A stretch of 64,000 nucleotides of DNA from Octopus sinensis (GCF_006345805.1 NC_043012.1:58962001-59026000); one strand, 5' to 3'. Counted from the stretch's first letter, positions 36,921-52,150 are shown. Program-made: numbers and translations. Notes: generated by a model not told the origin, from the sequence alone.

Positions 36921-37794
36921 CTTTAGTAATACGTATCAAAAACTAGTTATCCTGTGCTTTATAAAATATGACACCTCCGAGGGGTGGGGGTTCGTTTACG
37001 AAATTTCTTTGGCAACGCCATATTTATCCCGAATATTTTCTCATAAGAAACCATTTCCAAGTAATGTGGAGTAGGATCGAACCACGAACAAAATGTTATG
37101 AAGTGCTCACAAAATATACTCCTTAACCCCATGACCATGACTGATTAACTCCATGGAAAGTCCATGGAATTATGTTTTTCATAAATATAAAAAAATATAT
37201 ATAAACATATATAGCAGTGATCCTGTGGATCCATGCGGTTCGTGACAGGATTAACTTTTAACATTTTTCGTTTTATAGAAGCAGTAGGGTCGCTTAAATA
37301 ACCTTTAATACTCCTCAGCAAAAATGCAGTTGACGAAGTAATCCTTTTCAATGTAACCAGCATTGCCGGCAGCAAAACCGGGCATGATTGTGGATGAGAT
37401 TTCCTGTTTGTACACATATGTTATTAAGCAGTTTTAAATTCGTTTTTATTCATTGTTTAGCTTACGTCTATTTATTCTTAAACATCTACGTTTATTTTAT
37501 TTTCTTGTTATGACATGAAATATCAACGAAATAATAATAGAGAAAGCAAAATTAACGATCTTATGACCTCTCTCGTAATGCTCCTTTTAACAATCAGCAT
37601 ATATTCATTAGAACAGCTCGAAATGCCAGCTTCTTTATTCAACAGGGCTGACATTTACATCAGGATTAAAAGTTGGAGTATTTTTGCTTCTGTTGCTTTT
37701 AGGATTTCGGCATTTTATTTAACCGCCATAATGGTTTTAACAAATAATTTCGTTCGTGTAAGCAAAATATACCATTAGGTGAACCCGTACAATT

Positions 37795-38030
37795 GTTGTT
37801 GTTGTTCTTTATTATTATTATTATTATTATTATTATTGTTATTATTATTATTATTATTACTGTAACTGTTACCGTTATTGTTGATTTTGTTGTTACTGTT
37901 GTTGCTACTGCTGCTGCCGTTATTATTTGTACTACTACTATTACTACAACAGCATCGAGAACTTCTCCACCTCCTCCTCCTGTTACTACTACTACTACTA
38001 CTATTATCATTACTATCATCACCATCATTT
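37795..38030. repeat. Compound trinucleotide tract (TTA/TTG/CTA/CCT/CAT)
   Basis: Direct reading. Confidence 0.9.
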
Positions 38031-38540
38031 TGGTGGCTCTTTTACTAGCACTCCCGACATTTGATCTTTCACGTAAGTTATTCCCTTATTTGCTCCCTTT
38101 ATTTCTACGAATATTTTATAGCACGCCTCAATTTTCTTTTTGATCTTTTTTTTTTCTTCCTTTTCTTTGATTTTTAAAGTCGATTACCTTTGTAATAAAC
38201 AAGGGAGATACAAACGTGCTCAGTCGAGCTGTTCAGTTTAAGCAGACAAACATCTCCCTCGACGCATTGGCAGCCATTTTTAAAACGGTGAACACGTGTT
38301 TTATACGTTAAATTTAAGGGGCACCATGACGCACAATTTAAGAGGGAATTGCAGTTGTTAGAAATAATGCTGATCGAATGATTCGTTTGATCTCTGAATC
38401 ATGTGACATGGGTCTACTGGACTAGAACCTATTTTGGTCATACTGTACACCGACGATGGAGCTTGTTTCAGAGTTCAAATATTTCCAAAGTTAAATTACC
38501 TTTTCAGTGTGTATGTGTGTTCCAGTGTGTATGTGTGTTC

Positions 38541-38575
<35 letters not shown>

Positions 38576-38729
38576 GAGAGGGATAGAGATAACGTGTGTA
38601 TGTGTGAGTGTGTGTGTGTGTCTAAATCCTTTGAAATTTTTGGAGTTGTAGAATTGCTACTGAAAAGAAGCGTAACTCAGAGAAGGTGCAAAGGTAACAA
38701 ATTATTAAATCCCATCTCTCCCTCCTCCA

Positions 38730-38765
<36 letters not shown>

Positions 38766-39044
38766 TCTCGCTCTCTCTCTCTCCACGCCATACGTACATG
38801 GCTTATTGAACTCAGTATCACTGGCCAGCAAAATATTTGTCAAATTAAACACACTTACCACTGGTTAGAGGGAAATGGAATCTACTTCGCAGCTCTGTGT
38901 CTTGTTCACAAACACAACGCAGAACTGTTCCTAAGATAGGAATTCCTGACTCTGTATCCTGCGGACTCCAGTACTCTGCCGTCGGAACTATTTACGCTTA
39001 CCTCTTACCGGAGTGAGAAAATAACACCCAGAAAATATTCAGTA

Positions 39045-39124
<80 letters not shown>

Positions 39125-39265
39125 GAGGAGGAGGAGGAGGAGGAGGAGGAGGAAGAAGCAGATGATGATGAGGAGGAGGAGGAGGAGGAGGATGAAGAAG
39201 AAGATAATGATGATGAGGATGATGATGATGATGAAGAAGAAGAAGAAGAAGAAGAAGAAGAAGAA
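39045..39265. repeat. Compound (AAT)n-(AGT)n-(GGA)n-(GAT)n-(GAA)n tract
   Basis: Direct reading. Confidence 0.95.
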
Positions 39266-41873
39266 TATAATGGATACGAGTAGATGGTTTCCTTTGCTGG
39301 TTGTGGACCCTGTATCGAGTATTCGGCGACATAAACGTATGCCAGCGTTGTTTACTGGTTTGATAAAATAAGCTTTAACTAATTATTGAAGTAAATAATA
39401 ACTACAAGAACCAATAATGTGCTGTTACCGATATCTCTTTTCTGGATGGGCGACCAGTAGTACTCAATAGTCGAAGCCATCTGCGCACATCAATTTTCTT
39501 TACATGATTGAGAAAATTACTCCAAGTGATTTATTAGTAAAATAACAACAAAAGCGAAAAAAAAAAGAATATAATAAAATTCTTTCCAGTTATTTATTAG
39601 TGAAGAAAATATTAAAATTGATCAGATGCGAAATGTCGGCGTCCTCTCCTGGGTGGGAAGCCAGTACTTTATCAATAGCGTTATCTGAGCTCACTAACTA
39701 TCTTCATTGGACTGACAAAATAATATCTCGTAATTTATTACAGAACTGAAATAAATAATAAAAACGATGGAAGAATAATAGAATAATCACTTATTTTCAA
39801 CTTGGAATAAAAGCAAACAAAAGATTAGAATTTGGTTTGTTCTTAAGAAGCAGCTGACAACTTAGCAGTCTAATTTGTCATATTTGAATTTAAAGGTACT
39901 GTAGCCGGCAGTTACTGATTGCTAATGACCTGCCGGCAAGTAATGTGCTCAGCTGAAATTAACTGGAAATCTCCTCATCAAATTTATTGATTTACTGACT
40001 GCACTTTCATACTAATTATTTATTCTTTTTAAAACGAACAACATCTCACATACCATCTGTGGCTAGCGCTCGGGGCAGAATTGCAGAAAGAGAAGCTTTC
40101 TCATAACTCCTGATGAACCGTAAATAATCTACTCTGACTCGCTAGAATCTTACTGCTTCATCGAGATATAGGACAGTTAATTAGGGACTCAAATGTAGAG
40201 TAATTTTCCGGAAGGCTTCCTCATCAGTTACAGCATAATCTTCTACGCGCTTCTTTAGTTTCGTGACTTGTAACCATCTCCCAACTTGAAGAAGATTAAT
40301 AGAAGTGGTTGGTTTTAAACAACTTCGCTTGTCAGGTCATGAAAGGCTGTAGAAATTTGTAACAACTTCTATAGTTGAGGTCTCTTCCCTGTTTTTATAA
40401 GTATCACAGAAACATTCACATCTATCAAGGATAACTCAACAAAGCGACAAACCTAAGGCTAACTGCTCATGACCGCATCTCCTCGCTCGATACATAAATG
40501 TGATTCAAGTACCATCTCGAGTACAGACACAATATTTCTCTAATCGGATAACTAAGAGAGAAGAACCATATCCCTTTATATGTTCGGGTTCCTATATTCA
40601 TAACTTAAATGTCTATAATTTAATCTCTAAAGTGTATTCTCTAATTATAAAAGACCAAGAAAATATAAATAAAAATTTTCCGCTGTATTTTTAAAACAAT
40701 ATCTTCTTTCTTCTTTCTTCTACTTTATATCACAATTCATGGATAATAGAGTAGTTTGTAACAGAGAGACTGGTAAGGGATTTTCTGCAACTCGATACAG
40801 AGAAAATATATTAAGAGATATCTTTATTAAAAGACCGAGTTTTCGCTTTTCTCGCCGATTTTGATACTTTTATTTTCCTTCTGTTTATACCTAGACTTCA
40901 CAATCACATTCTGTCTACAATTATTCTGTCTACAATTAGTTTCATTATAACAATCCTCCCACACTCATTTGTTTAGGAAAAATCCAGCAGTGAATCTTTT
41001 TTTCTATATGTCTGACTCAATTAATATTGTGATCCATCCAGGATCACGTTATAAACTACAGTTCGAACTTGTAGTAACCATTAATACTTAACTAAATTAT
41101 GCCGCGACAAATTCCAATAGTTTTCCCATGTAGGTCAGTCTTGCTTCTACTTTTACCTTATATATTATATGGTTGCGTGATCTGTTTGTAATAAGAAGCA
41201 AATCAGTACTTACTCATGATGATTTGAAACAGAGAAATACACATTCGGTATTGAAGTAATTTTAACCGCTCTGACTAGAAGAAGGGCAATGTCTCAAGAA
41301 GGGATTTTTATAGGTGCTCGAGATAGGCAGGAGACGAAACAGATATCCTCAAACCTGAGACATGGACTGAAAGCATGCAATGGAATGGACTCTACTAAGA
41401 GCATCCTAAGACCAGGTGGTGGCGATAGACTGGGAGACAAATTATGTTTTACTGCCAGATTAGGCTACAGGGAGAGTCGAGTTCTGAATGCAAGTGACCT
41501 CGACAAATAAAACAAAACATCTCAATCTCTAACGATTGCACCAAACCAGTGAATTAGAATGGCACTTTTTCATAAATTCTGTTAGGATGAAAGACAAAAA
41601 GGACTTCAGCAGGATTTGAACTCATTTCAAGAAATACTTCAAAGGCTCTGGCAATTCAGCGTCTAAATAACGACGGAGTGGTTACGGATGGAAAGCCTTT
41701 GATTACATGTTTATCCATTGTTTTTTTACGGGGGTGGGGACGTCCCTTGAGATAAATATCAGTAACCTCATACCTTCCATATCAAGTCATATCGTCTTCT
41801 TTGACACTCATTCCGTTCATATTAGTTATAACTAATTATGTTGCTCAATTAGCGTCACATAATTTTTTAGTGC

Positions 41874-42175
41874 GGAGGCGCATGGCCTAGTGGTTAGAGC
41901 AGCGGACTCGCGGTCGAGGGATCGCGGTTCGAATCTCAGACCGGGCAATGTGTGTGTTTATGAGCGAAAACACCTAAGCTCCACGCGGCTCTGGCAGAAG
42001 GTAATGGCGAACTTCTGCTGCCTTTTTCGCCACAACTTTCTTTCACTCTTTCCTCCTGCATCTTGCAGCTCACCTGCAACGGATCGGCGTCCCGTCCAGT
42101 TGGGGAACATATATACTGAGGAAACCGGGAAACCAGCCTTTAAGAGCCAGGCATATCTCGAGAACGAACAAACAA
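41874..42175 (+). mobile_element. tRNA-derived SINE, family C, full length
   Basis: ggaggcgcatggcctagtggttagagc A box, ggttcgaatctc B box; colinear with 728-1027. Confidence 0.88.
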
Positions 42176-43545
42176 TATTTTTAGCAATTAGAGTGTCAAG
42201 GAGTTGAACTTTCTCCACCTAGGCATTGTTTACTATCGTTATTTCTTATTACAGGCTATGAGACACTGTAATCCCACATCAAGCATAATCTCCATGCTGT
42301 GCAAATCCTATTATATACAACTTTGCAAGGATAATATTTAAATGGTCTAACGAACGAAATATTCAACTTGCAGCAGACCTGACAATAAGGGATAATCATA
42401 TTTCTAAAAACCTCATTTGCTTTTGTTTTTCATTTACTTTTCTTATTTGTAATCAACGATGGCCCCCATTCACACCAATATCACACTTTATTCTCTATAT
42501 TTTGACAACCGTAAAAAAGAAAAAAAAAACTCTTATCAAAGAGCCCAGCGAAATATGATTAAGGTAGATATGAAAATGTCTGCAGTTTCACATCTACGTG
42601 ATCATATGCTTATTTTCAAGCTGTAAATGACAGCGAGATCTGTGAGAAATAGTAGCCAAGCTTAAATCAAAAATAAAGGGACATGATGTTCTCGGCGAAT
42701 GAAATTCTTAGATCAAACGTTTGCCGCATTTGGGTTATTTGTTGTGGAACAACAGTACTCGTTACTACATTGGCCTAAACATTCATATACACAAGAACGC
42801 ACAGTTTCAGGGATGAGCAATGCGTTTAACACCAGAAGAGAATTACAAGATCAGAAAATCTATATTTGCTGAGAGAAATTTAATAAATCATTCATTTTAG
42901 AAATTCATTACTAATTAATTAATTATATTACTGCGTTGGTTTTAAGACTTCAAAACATTCTCTTCGTTATCCAACTTTCAACTATTCTCGGTTTTGAATA
43001 ACAGTAAATATTTTATCTAGGAAGGGCAAGTGATCTATTATGCTTTTACAAATTGATACTTAACCATAAAAACCAATAATAGTACCACTTCTAAAGCTAC
43101 GAATAGTTTTACATAAACTGTAAACATATGGTTCCAGTTAATGGTATTCTCCCTGAATGCTACTGCGAAATACATTATTCCTATTAAAACATGAGGTTAT
43201 AAATCATCTATGACGAATTGACCCTGGAATGAAGAGTTTCATAAGTGCAGTGCTTATACCAATTCAACATTGCTTAATAACTAATCCATTAGATACGTGT
43301 GTTTCGTGGAAGAAAGTGAGGATTTGGCGGAAACGCAACAGAGTCGGATAAAATATCGTGTGATGTTTGTTCTAGCTTGGCTTTCTTCACACGACTAAGT
43401 TCAAATAATATTGAGAATAAAATTGCTATCATTTAACTTTCTGGGAATCAATAAAAAATGTACTACACGTGTACTCAGGCTGATTTTCTCTCTCTATTCA
43501 TACTTTCATTATTTTCATCTCAGTCTCTCTGTCTCTCTCTCTTTC

Positions 43546-43620
<75 letters not shown>

Positions 43621-43846
43621 CATAAAATGTATTTGCCAGCTAAATGTGGCGGTCATATAGAGGATGAAGTTACTGTTGTTTTATCCCCAGGAGAACATCT
43701 CCTCCAGCTGGCTAACGACACATTGTTTGTGTCCCATTAGTATTTGTGAAGGGAGATCTTCGCCTCCATCTCTAGCCTTACGTGATACACACAAATCTGG
43801 GTTTCTGAATATTTCCCCGTCTTCATGTATATACATATGTATGCAT

Positions 43847-43919
<73 letters not shown>

Positions 43920-44876
43920 CAGACAGACATATAATAACGTGCCTGTCACATCTTTAATGACCATTTACAATTGCTTCTGTACCAACTCTGTTTTAACGGC
44001 AATTCATGCAAAAGTTTCATGGAAAAAAAATTAAGTAATATTTGTGGTTTTAAACATTTGAGAAGCATTCGTCAGACTTGCTTCAACGGTGCGATTTTAC
44101 ATTGGGTCTCTACCAAAGCGTTACGTTTTGCTTATCATGAAGGAATCATGAAATACAAAAATCGTAATTAAAATAAAGGTGAAATTGTGAAGACATGAGT
44201 GTGTCACACAGAGGAAAAGATAGAGAGAGAAAACGTAAAAATCAACCACAGCGTCCCTCTACACGTAGTCAAAAATAAAAAAAATGCTTGAGTTGTCCTC
44301 ACAGCGCATCTGATATACCAATGTAACCGTCCACGGACTGATCAACAAAAAATACAGGAGAGAACGGAAATATAAACATATAAACGCAGAAAGCAGACAT
44401 AATTCGTTACTACAAGCAGCGACAGCTCACTAAACATAACGAGTGCTTCGTTAGCCCAATCCTGAACATATTATGTGCTGTAATAACAATTTTAGATTCT
44501 TAGACATAGAATTAAAATATGTTTCGATTTTCCACTATTCAATCGCGAACAATGCAGACCAACATTTAATTTCAATTTTCTCTTTATGCACCCGGAATAA
44601 AACTCCCCAACCATTTCCTGATTCTATTCACTATAATATCCTTTAACTATGGACGATTAATACTAAATTTAATGCTTCTACGGTCTAAAATACAAGCAAA
44701 ACATTATTATTCCTATAAATATCAACAACTATCCATTATTTATAAAAAAAACCACATTGATGTATAATTCAATCTGGCCCAATTAGAATTAAGATTATCG
44801 TTATTTTAACTGAAAATTGAATAATCCGCACATTACTTCACAATAGAGACCCCTCTGAACGGTATATTTCTTGTTT

Positions 44877-44884
44877 TTATTATT

Positions 44885-44942
<58 letters not shown>

Positions 44943-44959
44943 CATTATTATCATTATTA

Positions 44960-44998
<39 letters not shown>

Positions 44999-45064
44999 TA
45001 TTATTATTATCATAATAATAATTATCATTATTATTATTATTATCATAATAATAATAACAACAAC

Positions 45065-45144
<80 letters not shown>

Positions 45145-45200
45145 TAATAATTATTATGATTTTTAAAAATTATTATTATTAGTATTATTATTATTATCAA
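44877..45200. repeat. (TAT)n followed by (AAT)n, self-complementary trinucleotide field
   Basis: Direct reading; strand switch near 45011-45050. Confidence 0.9.
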
Positions 45201-45709
45201 TATTATTTTATTCTTAAAATCTAATCCTACATTATTGGTATAATAATATTCCTTTTTCTGAAGTCTCCACCAAACCGTTGTTTTCCTTTCATGGTCAAAC
45301 AAACAACTCTTTTATTTCTAAAAACTAATTGGCTGTAATTTTTTTTTTTTTTTGCAATCATTATCCAAGGGCCGATATTCATAGATATAAATTGAATTTC
45401 ATTATTCACTCTAGAATATTCAATATTTTTGTATCTTTTTGTTGTTTGCTTGTTTGTTCGTCTAAATTATTATATTTTTATTAATCACTGTTTTGTCTAA
45501 AATCTGGAGCGTCTAATGTCTATTATATCAGAGACATACGACTAATTAGATGTAAATTGATTAATAAACAAACAAAAACAGCCACGTTTTTACACGTTCT
45601 CATTGATATCCATCAGATGTAATTGAGGCCCTCCCGACAGAACTGTTGATGAAAAACAATGGATCCGGCTAATATATTTTTCAAAAATTTTACATTGTAT
45701 TATTTTAAT

Positions 45710-45735
45710 ATTATTATTATTATTACTATTATTAT

Positions 45736-45772
<37 letters not shown>

Positions 45773-46007
45773 CTTATTATTATTGCTGTTGTTAGCATTA
45801 TTATTGTTGCGCTTGTTTTCGTTTTTGTTATTGTTGTTGTCGGTTATGTTGTTGTTAGTGTTCCTTTTGCTATCATCATCATCATCCTCATCATCATCAT
45901 TGTCATCTTTGTCGTCGTCGTCGTCACCGTCATCATCATTGTTATCATGATTGTCATGTTTTAATTAAGAAATCATTACTTCTACTACAACTGCTGCTGC
46001 TGGTGAC

Positions 46008-46046
<39 letters not shown>

Positions 46047-46189
46047 CCTACTACTACTACTACCACCAACATCATCACCAACACCACCACCACCACCACT
46101 ACGACTATACTATTATTATTACCATTATTATTATTAATATTATTATTATTATTATTATTATTACTATTATTATTATTATTATTATTATG

Positions 46190-46239
<50 letters not shown>

Positions 46240-46260
46240 CATTATTATTATTATTACTAT
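45710..46260. repeat. Compound trinucleotide tracts (GAT, CAT, AGT, ACT, TAT)
   Basis: Direct reading. Confidence 0.9.
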
Positions 46261-48493
46261 TTTGTGTTTTCGTGCTGTTCCATGCCGCAGCACAGAACTG
46301 CAGATAATTATATTGATTAGTAGCAACTATACGAGTAATTATGGAACATATTTTGATGGCGGAAACATATTTTATGCTGATATGCACTAGTATGAACGCA
46401 GTCTGTTTTATCGGTGGTAATGTAAATCACGCAAGCATAGTCACAAAGCGGTAAAGAACAACACACACACACACACACACACAAACACAAATACACACAA
46501 ACAAACACAGACATATCTTTTATCTTTTACTTGTTTCAGTCATTAGACTACGGCCATCTTTGGGCACATATATATACATAGTTGATGTCGTAAGAATTTA
46601 CAAGCTTACAGGGAAGACGTGGAATAATTTTTGGTAGGGGATCTGGATCTCGAAGTACATATAAAGCTATAAATAATAGCATGTAAATTTTAGGGTTGAA
46701 AATCACTTTCGGGCACAAAAATTCGATGGTATCCCGTGGGACACGAACTCACATCTATAGACATGTCAGGAGATGTATGCTCTTCTCCCACGTGTAGTCT
46801 TCGAATTTTCTATCCAAAATGTTTCTTCAATCGAATAGTCAGATGCTATTATTTATAGCTTTATACGTACTTCGAAACACATTTCACCATTATTCACACA
46901 CAGACGCACAACCACACGAACACACACATGCACACACACATACACACATGCTCTCCCACTCACACACACACTCAGACACACTCAGTCACTCACACACACA
47001 CATATATACACTCTCTCACACACACTCGCGCACACACAGTCACACACACATACATATATATATATGTATGCAATTATTCAGTTTTATTTCAAGATTTCTT
47101 GCCAATAGAGAAAGAGCAGGTTTCTAACCTAGATCCAAAGCACCTTCATTGAAATTTTTAAAACATCAACAGTATTTTTGCATGTACATGTATGTATGTG
47201 TTATAGTTGGCCTCAGTGTATGTGCAGATTTGTATGTTTAGTTTCATGTATATATTTCCATGCAAATACTTGCATGTCTAGACATACTCATATATACTGG
47301 AATGATACACCGCTAGAAAGTTTTACAGATTTACATAGTTCCAGTGATGGCTTGGATCTCCAGCGTTTTCCTTTCTGGTTTTGAGATGCGTAAATTCTCG
47401 AGATTGGTATTTAGGCAGTGTGCTATGTATCCCATTCTCCCAAGAATTACAGATACAAACCTGAACTTATAATCTGGATAGAGTAACCTTAGTTTTCTCA
47501 ATAGTTCAGCGTAGGAGTATGTATGTATGTATCTATGTATTTATGTATGTATCTATGCATCTACGCATGTATCTTTGTATAAAATTGGAGATGCTATTAA
47601 ATGAACGCTGGTAAATTTTGTTCTATTTTTAAATATTAATTCTTGGTTGGGATGTTTGTTTCGTGGTCGTCTAATTCCGGATCTGATCTCTTTTGGTAGC
47701 ACGTCAAGGCAGTTTCTTTTACTGTAGCCTCTAGATGACCAATGCCTTGCCAGCAAAATTCGTTGACAGCGTTTTCATTTATGAATGTAAACACCTACGT
47801 ATATAAACAAGGTGCTCGAAAAGGCTCAGTCAGCGAAGTGAATGGGTGAAGCTTGGTCAGTAAAATCTGCGGACGACTATGTGTTTCTGGAGCTGGGCTC
47901 ATTAGTCACCAGCGAAGTCACAACTGTAAAGTATAATTTTGTCTGAGTGCACAATGGTTCTTTATGATGGTCTTCTTCGGGTACAAGTGAATAGTCATCA
48001 TGTATGTATGCATGTATGTATGTATATGTATATGTATGCACATACGTGTGTGTATGTATGTAAATATGTATCTTTGTAACTATGTATGTGTGTATGAATT
48101 ATGTATTTGTTTTTGTATGTATATATGTACTTATGTATGTATTTATATATATATATATATATATGAACACATACACATGTGTGTATGTATGTGTGTTCGT
48201 ATGTAAGTATCTACGTACTTATGTATATATGCATCTACATCTGTACGTATGTATATATGTATGTATGTATGTGTGTATGTATGTATATATGTATGTACGT
48301 ACGTACGTATGCTTGTATGTATGTACGAGAACATAAAAATACCGGATGTAACGCCCCGATGCGGGGTAAGTCAGAAGGAGTGTCATTCCTTAAGGTTTCA
48401 TTGAAGCAAATGCTTAGAAGAATATTCTGAAATAACAAGCTCCTCATTGTGAACTTATATATATATATATATAATATATATATATATATATAC

Positions 48494-48525
<32 letters not shown>

Positions 48526-49088
48526 GTGTGTATGTGTGTGTGTGTGTGTGTGTCTGTAAATGTAATAGGTGACAATTATTCGATAACCATAAATCTCCGA
48601 GTTTCGGATGCCGAGGTGGAAATCCACGTCGACATCTCTTCGGTTATCCGGCCATTGGAAAAAATGCTATGAAAAATGACCGTTATATAAAGGGAGGTTA
48701 CTGTGTGATTGACCGTTATTAAAACAAAGGAGCTATTTGAATAACCGGTAAGTGAGGGGAGGGAGTAGTAAGGGGGTAAAAAGGTTCATAGTATTCGCGT
48801 AAGCGCGCATGTTCATACCTACACATGCGCGCCCGCACACCCACGTGCATGCGCCTAGAAGTATGCACTCATCCGCCCTCACTTGAAACGTATACAACCT
48901 CACCCGCATCATTATATATATATATATATATAGGTTATGAGAGGTAACGTGTCATGGAGACCCAAAGGTGTCAGGTAATGCTGAATAGGTGCTATAGAGA
49001 GACCATAGTTAAGTTCTAGGTTCGGTGATAATGGGAATAAGAGGTTGAACTTTGGTCATATGTCAGAGTGTGTATAGTGTATATAATT

Positions 49089-49243
49089 TTTTTTTCGTAA
49101 TGAGATAACAAAACCAAGGCTGTGTAGATTTTAGAATATTTATAGACAGAAGATCTTACAGCTGTTTCCAGCTGTAAGACCTTCTGTCTATAAATGTTCT
49201 AAAGTCTACACAGCCTTTGTTTTGCATTTCATTACGAAAAAAA
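49089..49243. repeat. ~155-bp near-perfect palindrome (~75-bp arms, 4-nt loop)
   Basis: Arms 49089-49164 and 49169-49243 around tttc; about six mismatches/indels. Confidence 0.92.
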
Positions 49244-49259
49244 GTTTTTATATATATAT

Positions 49260-49424
49260 ACGACGGGCATTTTTCATTTCCGTCTACCAAATCCACTCAT
49301 AAGTTTTTGGCCGGCTCGAGTCAATAGTGGAAGACACTCGCCTAAGAGGCCAAGTAAGTAGGACTGAACCCAGAACCATGTGGTTCGGAAGCAATCTTCC
49401 TACCACACACCAGCGCCTGCGCCT
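49260..49424 (-). mobile_element. SINE family B head
   Basis: ccgtctaccaaatccactca...ggactgaacccagaaccatgtggt...gcctgcgcct. Confidence 0.8.
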
Positions 49425-50079
49425 ACTTGAATTTTCTTTCGAAAGTGTCGATAAGGCAAGTTACAATAATGACCTACGATCACGTTTTGACCAATATTTC
49501 CTCGTTGATGACAACGAAGTTTTTCGCCTAACACAAGTGAAACGAGTTATAAAAGATATGTGTGACTACTTATAGTTATAGATATGGGTAGTCTAATGTT
49601 GCTGCACACTCACACATACATCGTATACTGCATCAAAAAGCGATTCGCAAAGAATTTTGTTCTTCAAATCCTAGAGCTATGTGTCCTTAATTCAACAATT
49701 GCATTGTCTACTTCTTACACCTTTCCCTGGAATTCACATCCGTAAATGTTCGGGACATCTAAGCTTCCAATGGCCGTGTCACTCTTACCATAGCCATCAC
49801 TGTTACCAACTCATTAGCTCCTACCTCTGTGTTAACTTCACTTCATAATACTCACCTCAAGCAAGAAATTTGCGATCTCCTACTCCCAGTTTCTCTGCTT
49901 TCACTGTCTCTGTACCCTAACCCCACGCACAACACACGACTCGATTACCTACAAACATTACGCGATGATACAGTTCTATGTGGCGTAGTGGTAAAGAGCG
50001 GCAAAACTTGACAGTTGGAAATTCTTTCGCTACGTCGTGCAATGAAACACATCTGATTTTAAATTTGTTCTGTCAATGC

Positions 50080-50365
50080 TATGCTCCTCATCCTCATCCT
50101 CCTCATCCTCATCCTCATCGTCCTCCTCATCATCATCCACCTCCTCCACCACCTCCTCCCCCTCATCATCATCATCATCCACCACCTCCTCCTCCCACTC
50201 CTCCTCCTTCTCCTCCTCCTCCTCCTCATCATCGTCATCAACATCATCATCATTATCATTATCTTCAGTCATTATTTTCATCGTCGTTGTCATCATCATC
50301 ATCATCGCCATCGCTCTCGTAGTCATTGTCATCACACTCAGCAATCATCGTCTTCACCACTACAG

Positions 50366-50400
<35 letters not shown>

Positions 50401-50520
50401 TTCACCATCCCATCATCTCGATCATTACCTGCATCATCATCATCACAATCATCACGATAAACACCGTCGTCGTCGTCATCATCATCACCATCATCATAAG
50501 CAGGAGCAGCATCAACAACA
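50080..50520. repeat. Compound (CAT)n/(CCT)n/(CGT)n tract
   Basis: Direct reading; source of poly-S/H/D/E pseudo-ORFs. Confidence 0.92.
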
Positions 50521-51057
50521 GCTGTAGCAGAACCAGCAGCCCATCCGACTATAATGTCTGTGGTAGTTTTTCGCCCAAACCAACCCCCTCCACCAGGTTC
50601 AAATCTAGTCAAGAGTCTAGATATTCAACGTTTCACTATCACACCTTTAAATACCCAAGTCTAAATTATCCAAATATTTCCTTCTCTGTTTTCAAGAGAA
50701 TACAGTACTTTATGAGGAAATTTTGGCTGCTCTTTATAAAACCCTGAGCGACTTCATAGGCATTTTCCATCAGTTTTGTATATCATAAATAAAAAATATA
50801 ACAGGATATTTCTGATGACGTGAGAGATGACATATCATATCAAGGAGAAAAACTAGTATCCTATGATCATTTATTGATAAAAAATTCATACATCCGCAAT
50901 AACAAATATCAAAATATGACCGATGTGTATATTTTTTTCCCTGACGACGTTTTACGTACATTTTCCAACAATATGATAGAAATTGCATTGAGGGAGTAGA
51001 GTGTCTGTTAGCCACGCCGAATCACAGTAATATCGTTCATTATCCAATCAACAGCAA

Positions 51058-51106
<49 letters not shown>

Positions 51107-51144
51107 CCTGTGATATGATGCACTGACATACTTCCTTAGACAAG

Positions 51145-51165
51145 TGTTCTCACGTTTCTATATAA

Positions 51166-51223
<58 letters not shown>

Positions 51224-51281
51224 CTCTATCTATCTATCTGTCTATCTGTCTATCTATCTATCTATCTATATATATATATAT

Positions 51282-51331
<50 letters not shown>

Positions 51332-51358
51332 TCTGAATGTCTGTCTATCTAATCTATC

Positions 51359-51415
<57 letters not shown>

Positions 51416-51514
51416 CATCTCTCTCTCTCTCTCTCTCTCTCCTCTCACTATATATATATATATATAATATATATACTGTCTGAATGTCTGTCTATCAATC
51501 TATCTATCATATTA

Positions 51515-51559
<45 letters not shown>

Positions 51560-51562
51560 CCA

Positions 51563-51601
<39 letters not shown>

Positions 51602-51690
51602 CTTATATATATATAATATACTGTCTATCTATCTATCTATCTGTCTGAATGTCTGTCTATCAATCTATCTGTCTATATATCGATAGATCG
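51145..51690. repeat. Higher-order repeat of compound microsatellites
   Basis: Anchor ctgaatgtctgtctatc recurs at ~51333, ~51480, ~51644 between (TATC)n/(TC)n/(TA)n blocks. Confidence 0.75.
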
Positions 51691-51769
51691 ATCTAGTTCT
51701 GTATCCATCTGTCTTTCTATATTTATTTTTGTCTATCTAGTTTTCTAAATATCTATTTATCCATAACGT

Positions 51770-52150
51770 CGCTGTGGCGTAAGAAACTTGCTTCCCAACC
51801 ACATGGTTCTGGGTTCAGCGTGGTGCCTTGGGCAAGTGCCATCTACTATCGCCTCGGACCGACCAAATCCTTGTGAGTGGATTTAGTAGACGGAAACTGA
51901 AAGAAGCCCGTCGTGTATGTATGTATGTATGTATGTATGTATGCATATATATGTGGGTGTGTATATTTGTATTTCTGTCTTTGTCCCCCAAACGTCGCTT
52001 GACAACCGATACTGGTATATTTATGTCTCCGTAACTTAGCCGTTTGGCAAAAGAGTACGACAGAATAAGTACTAGGCTTACAAAGAATAAGTCAACTAAA
52101 GGTGATGGTCCACCATGGCCACAGTCAAATGATTGAAACAAGTAAAAGAA
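51770..52150 (+). mobile_element. SINE family B, near full length, internal (TATG)n
   Basis: Colinear with 53463-53863; ends aaatgattgaaacaagtaaaaga. Confidence 0.85.

Noticed and set aside
37290-37420. Short minus-strand frame ending ...FVNCIFAEEY*
   Set aside because: The EEY end recalls alpha-tubulin but nothing else matches; poor splice acceptor.
48346-48365. tgtaacgccccg, resembling an LTR start
   Set aside because: No second LTR, PBS, PPT or matching CA terminus with TSD found.
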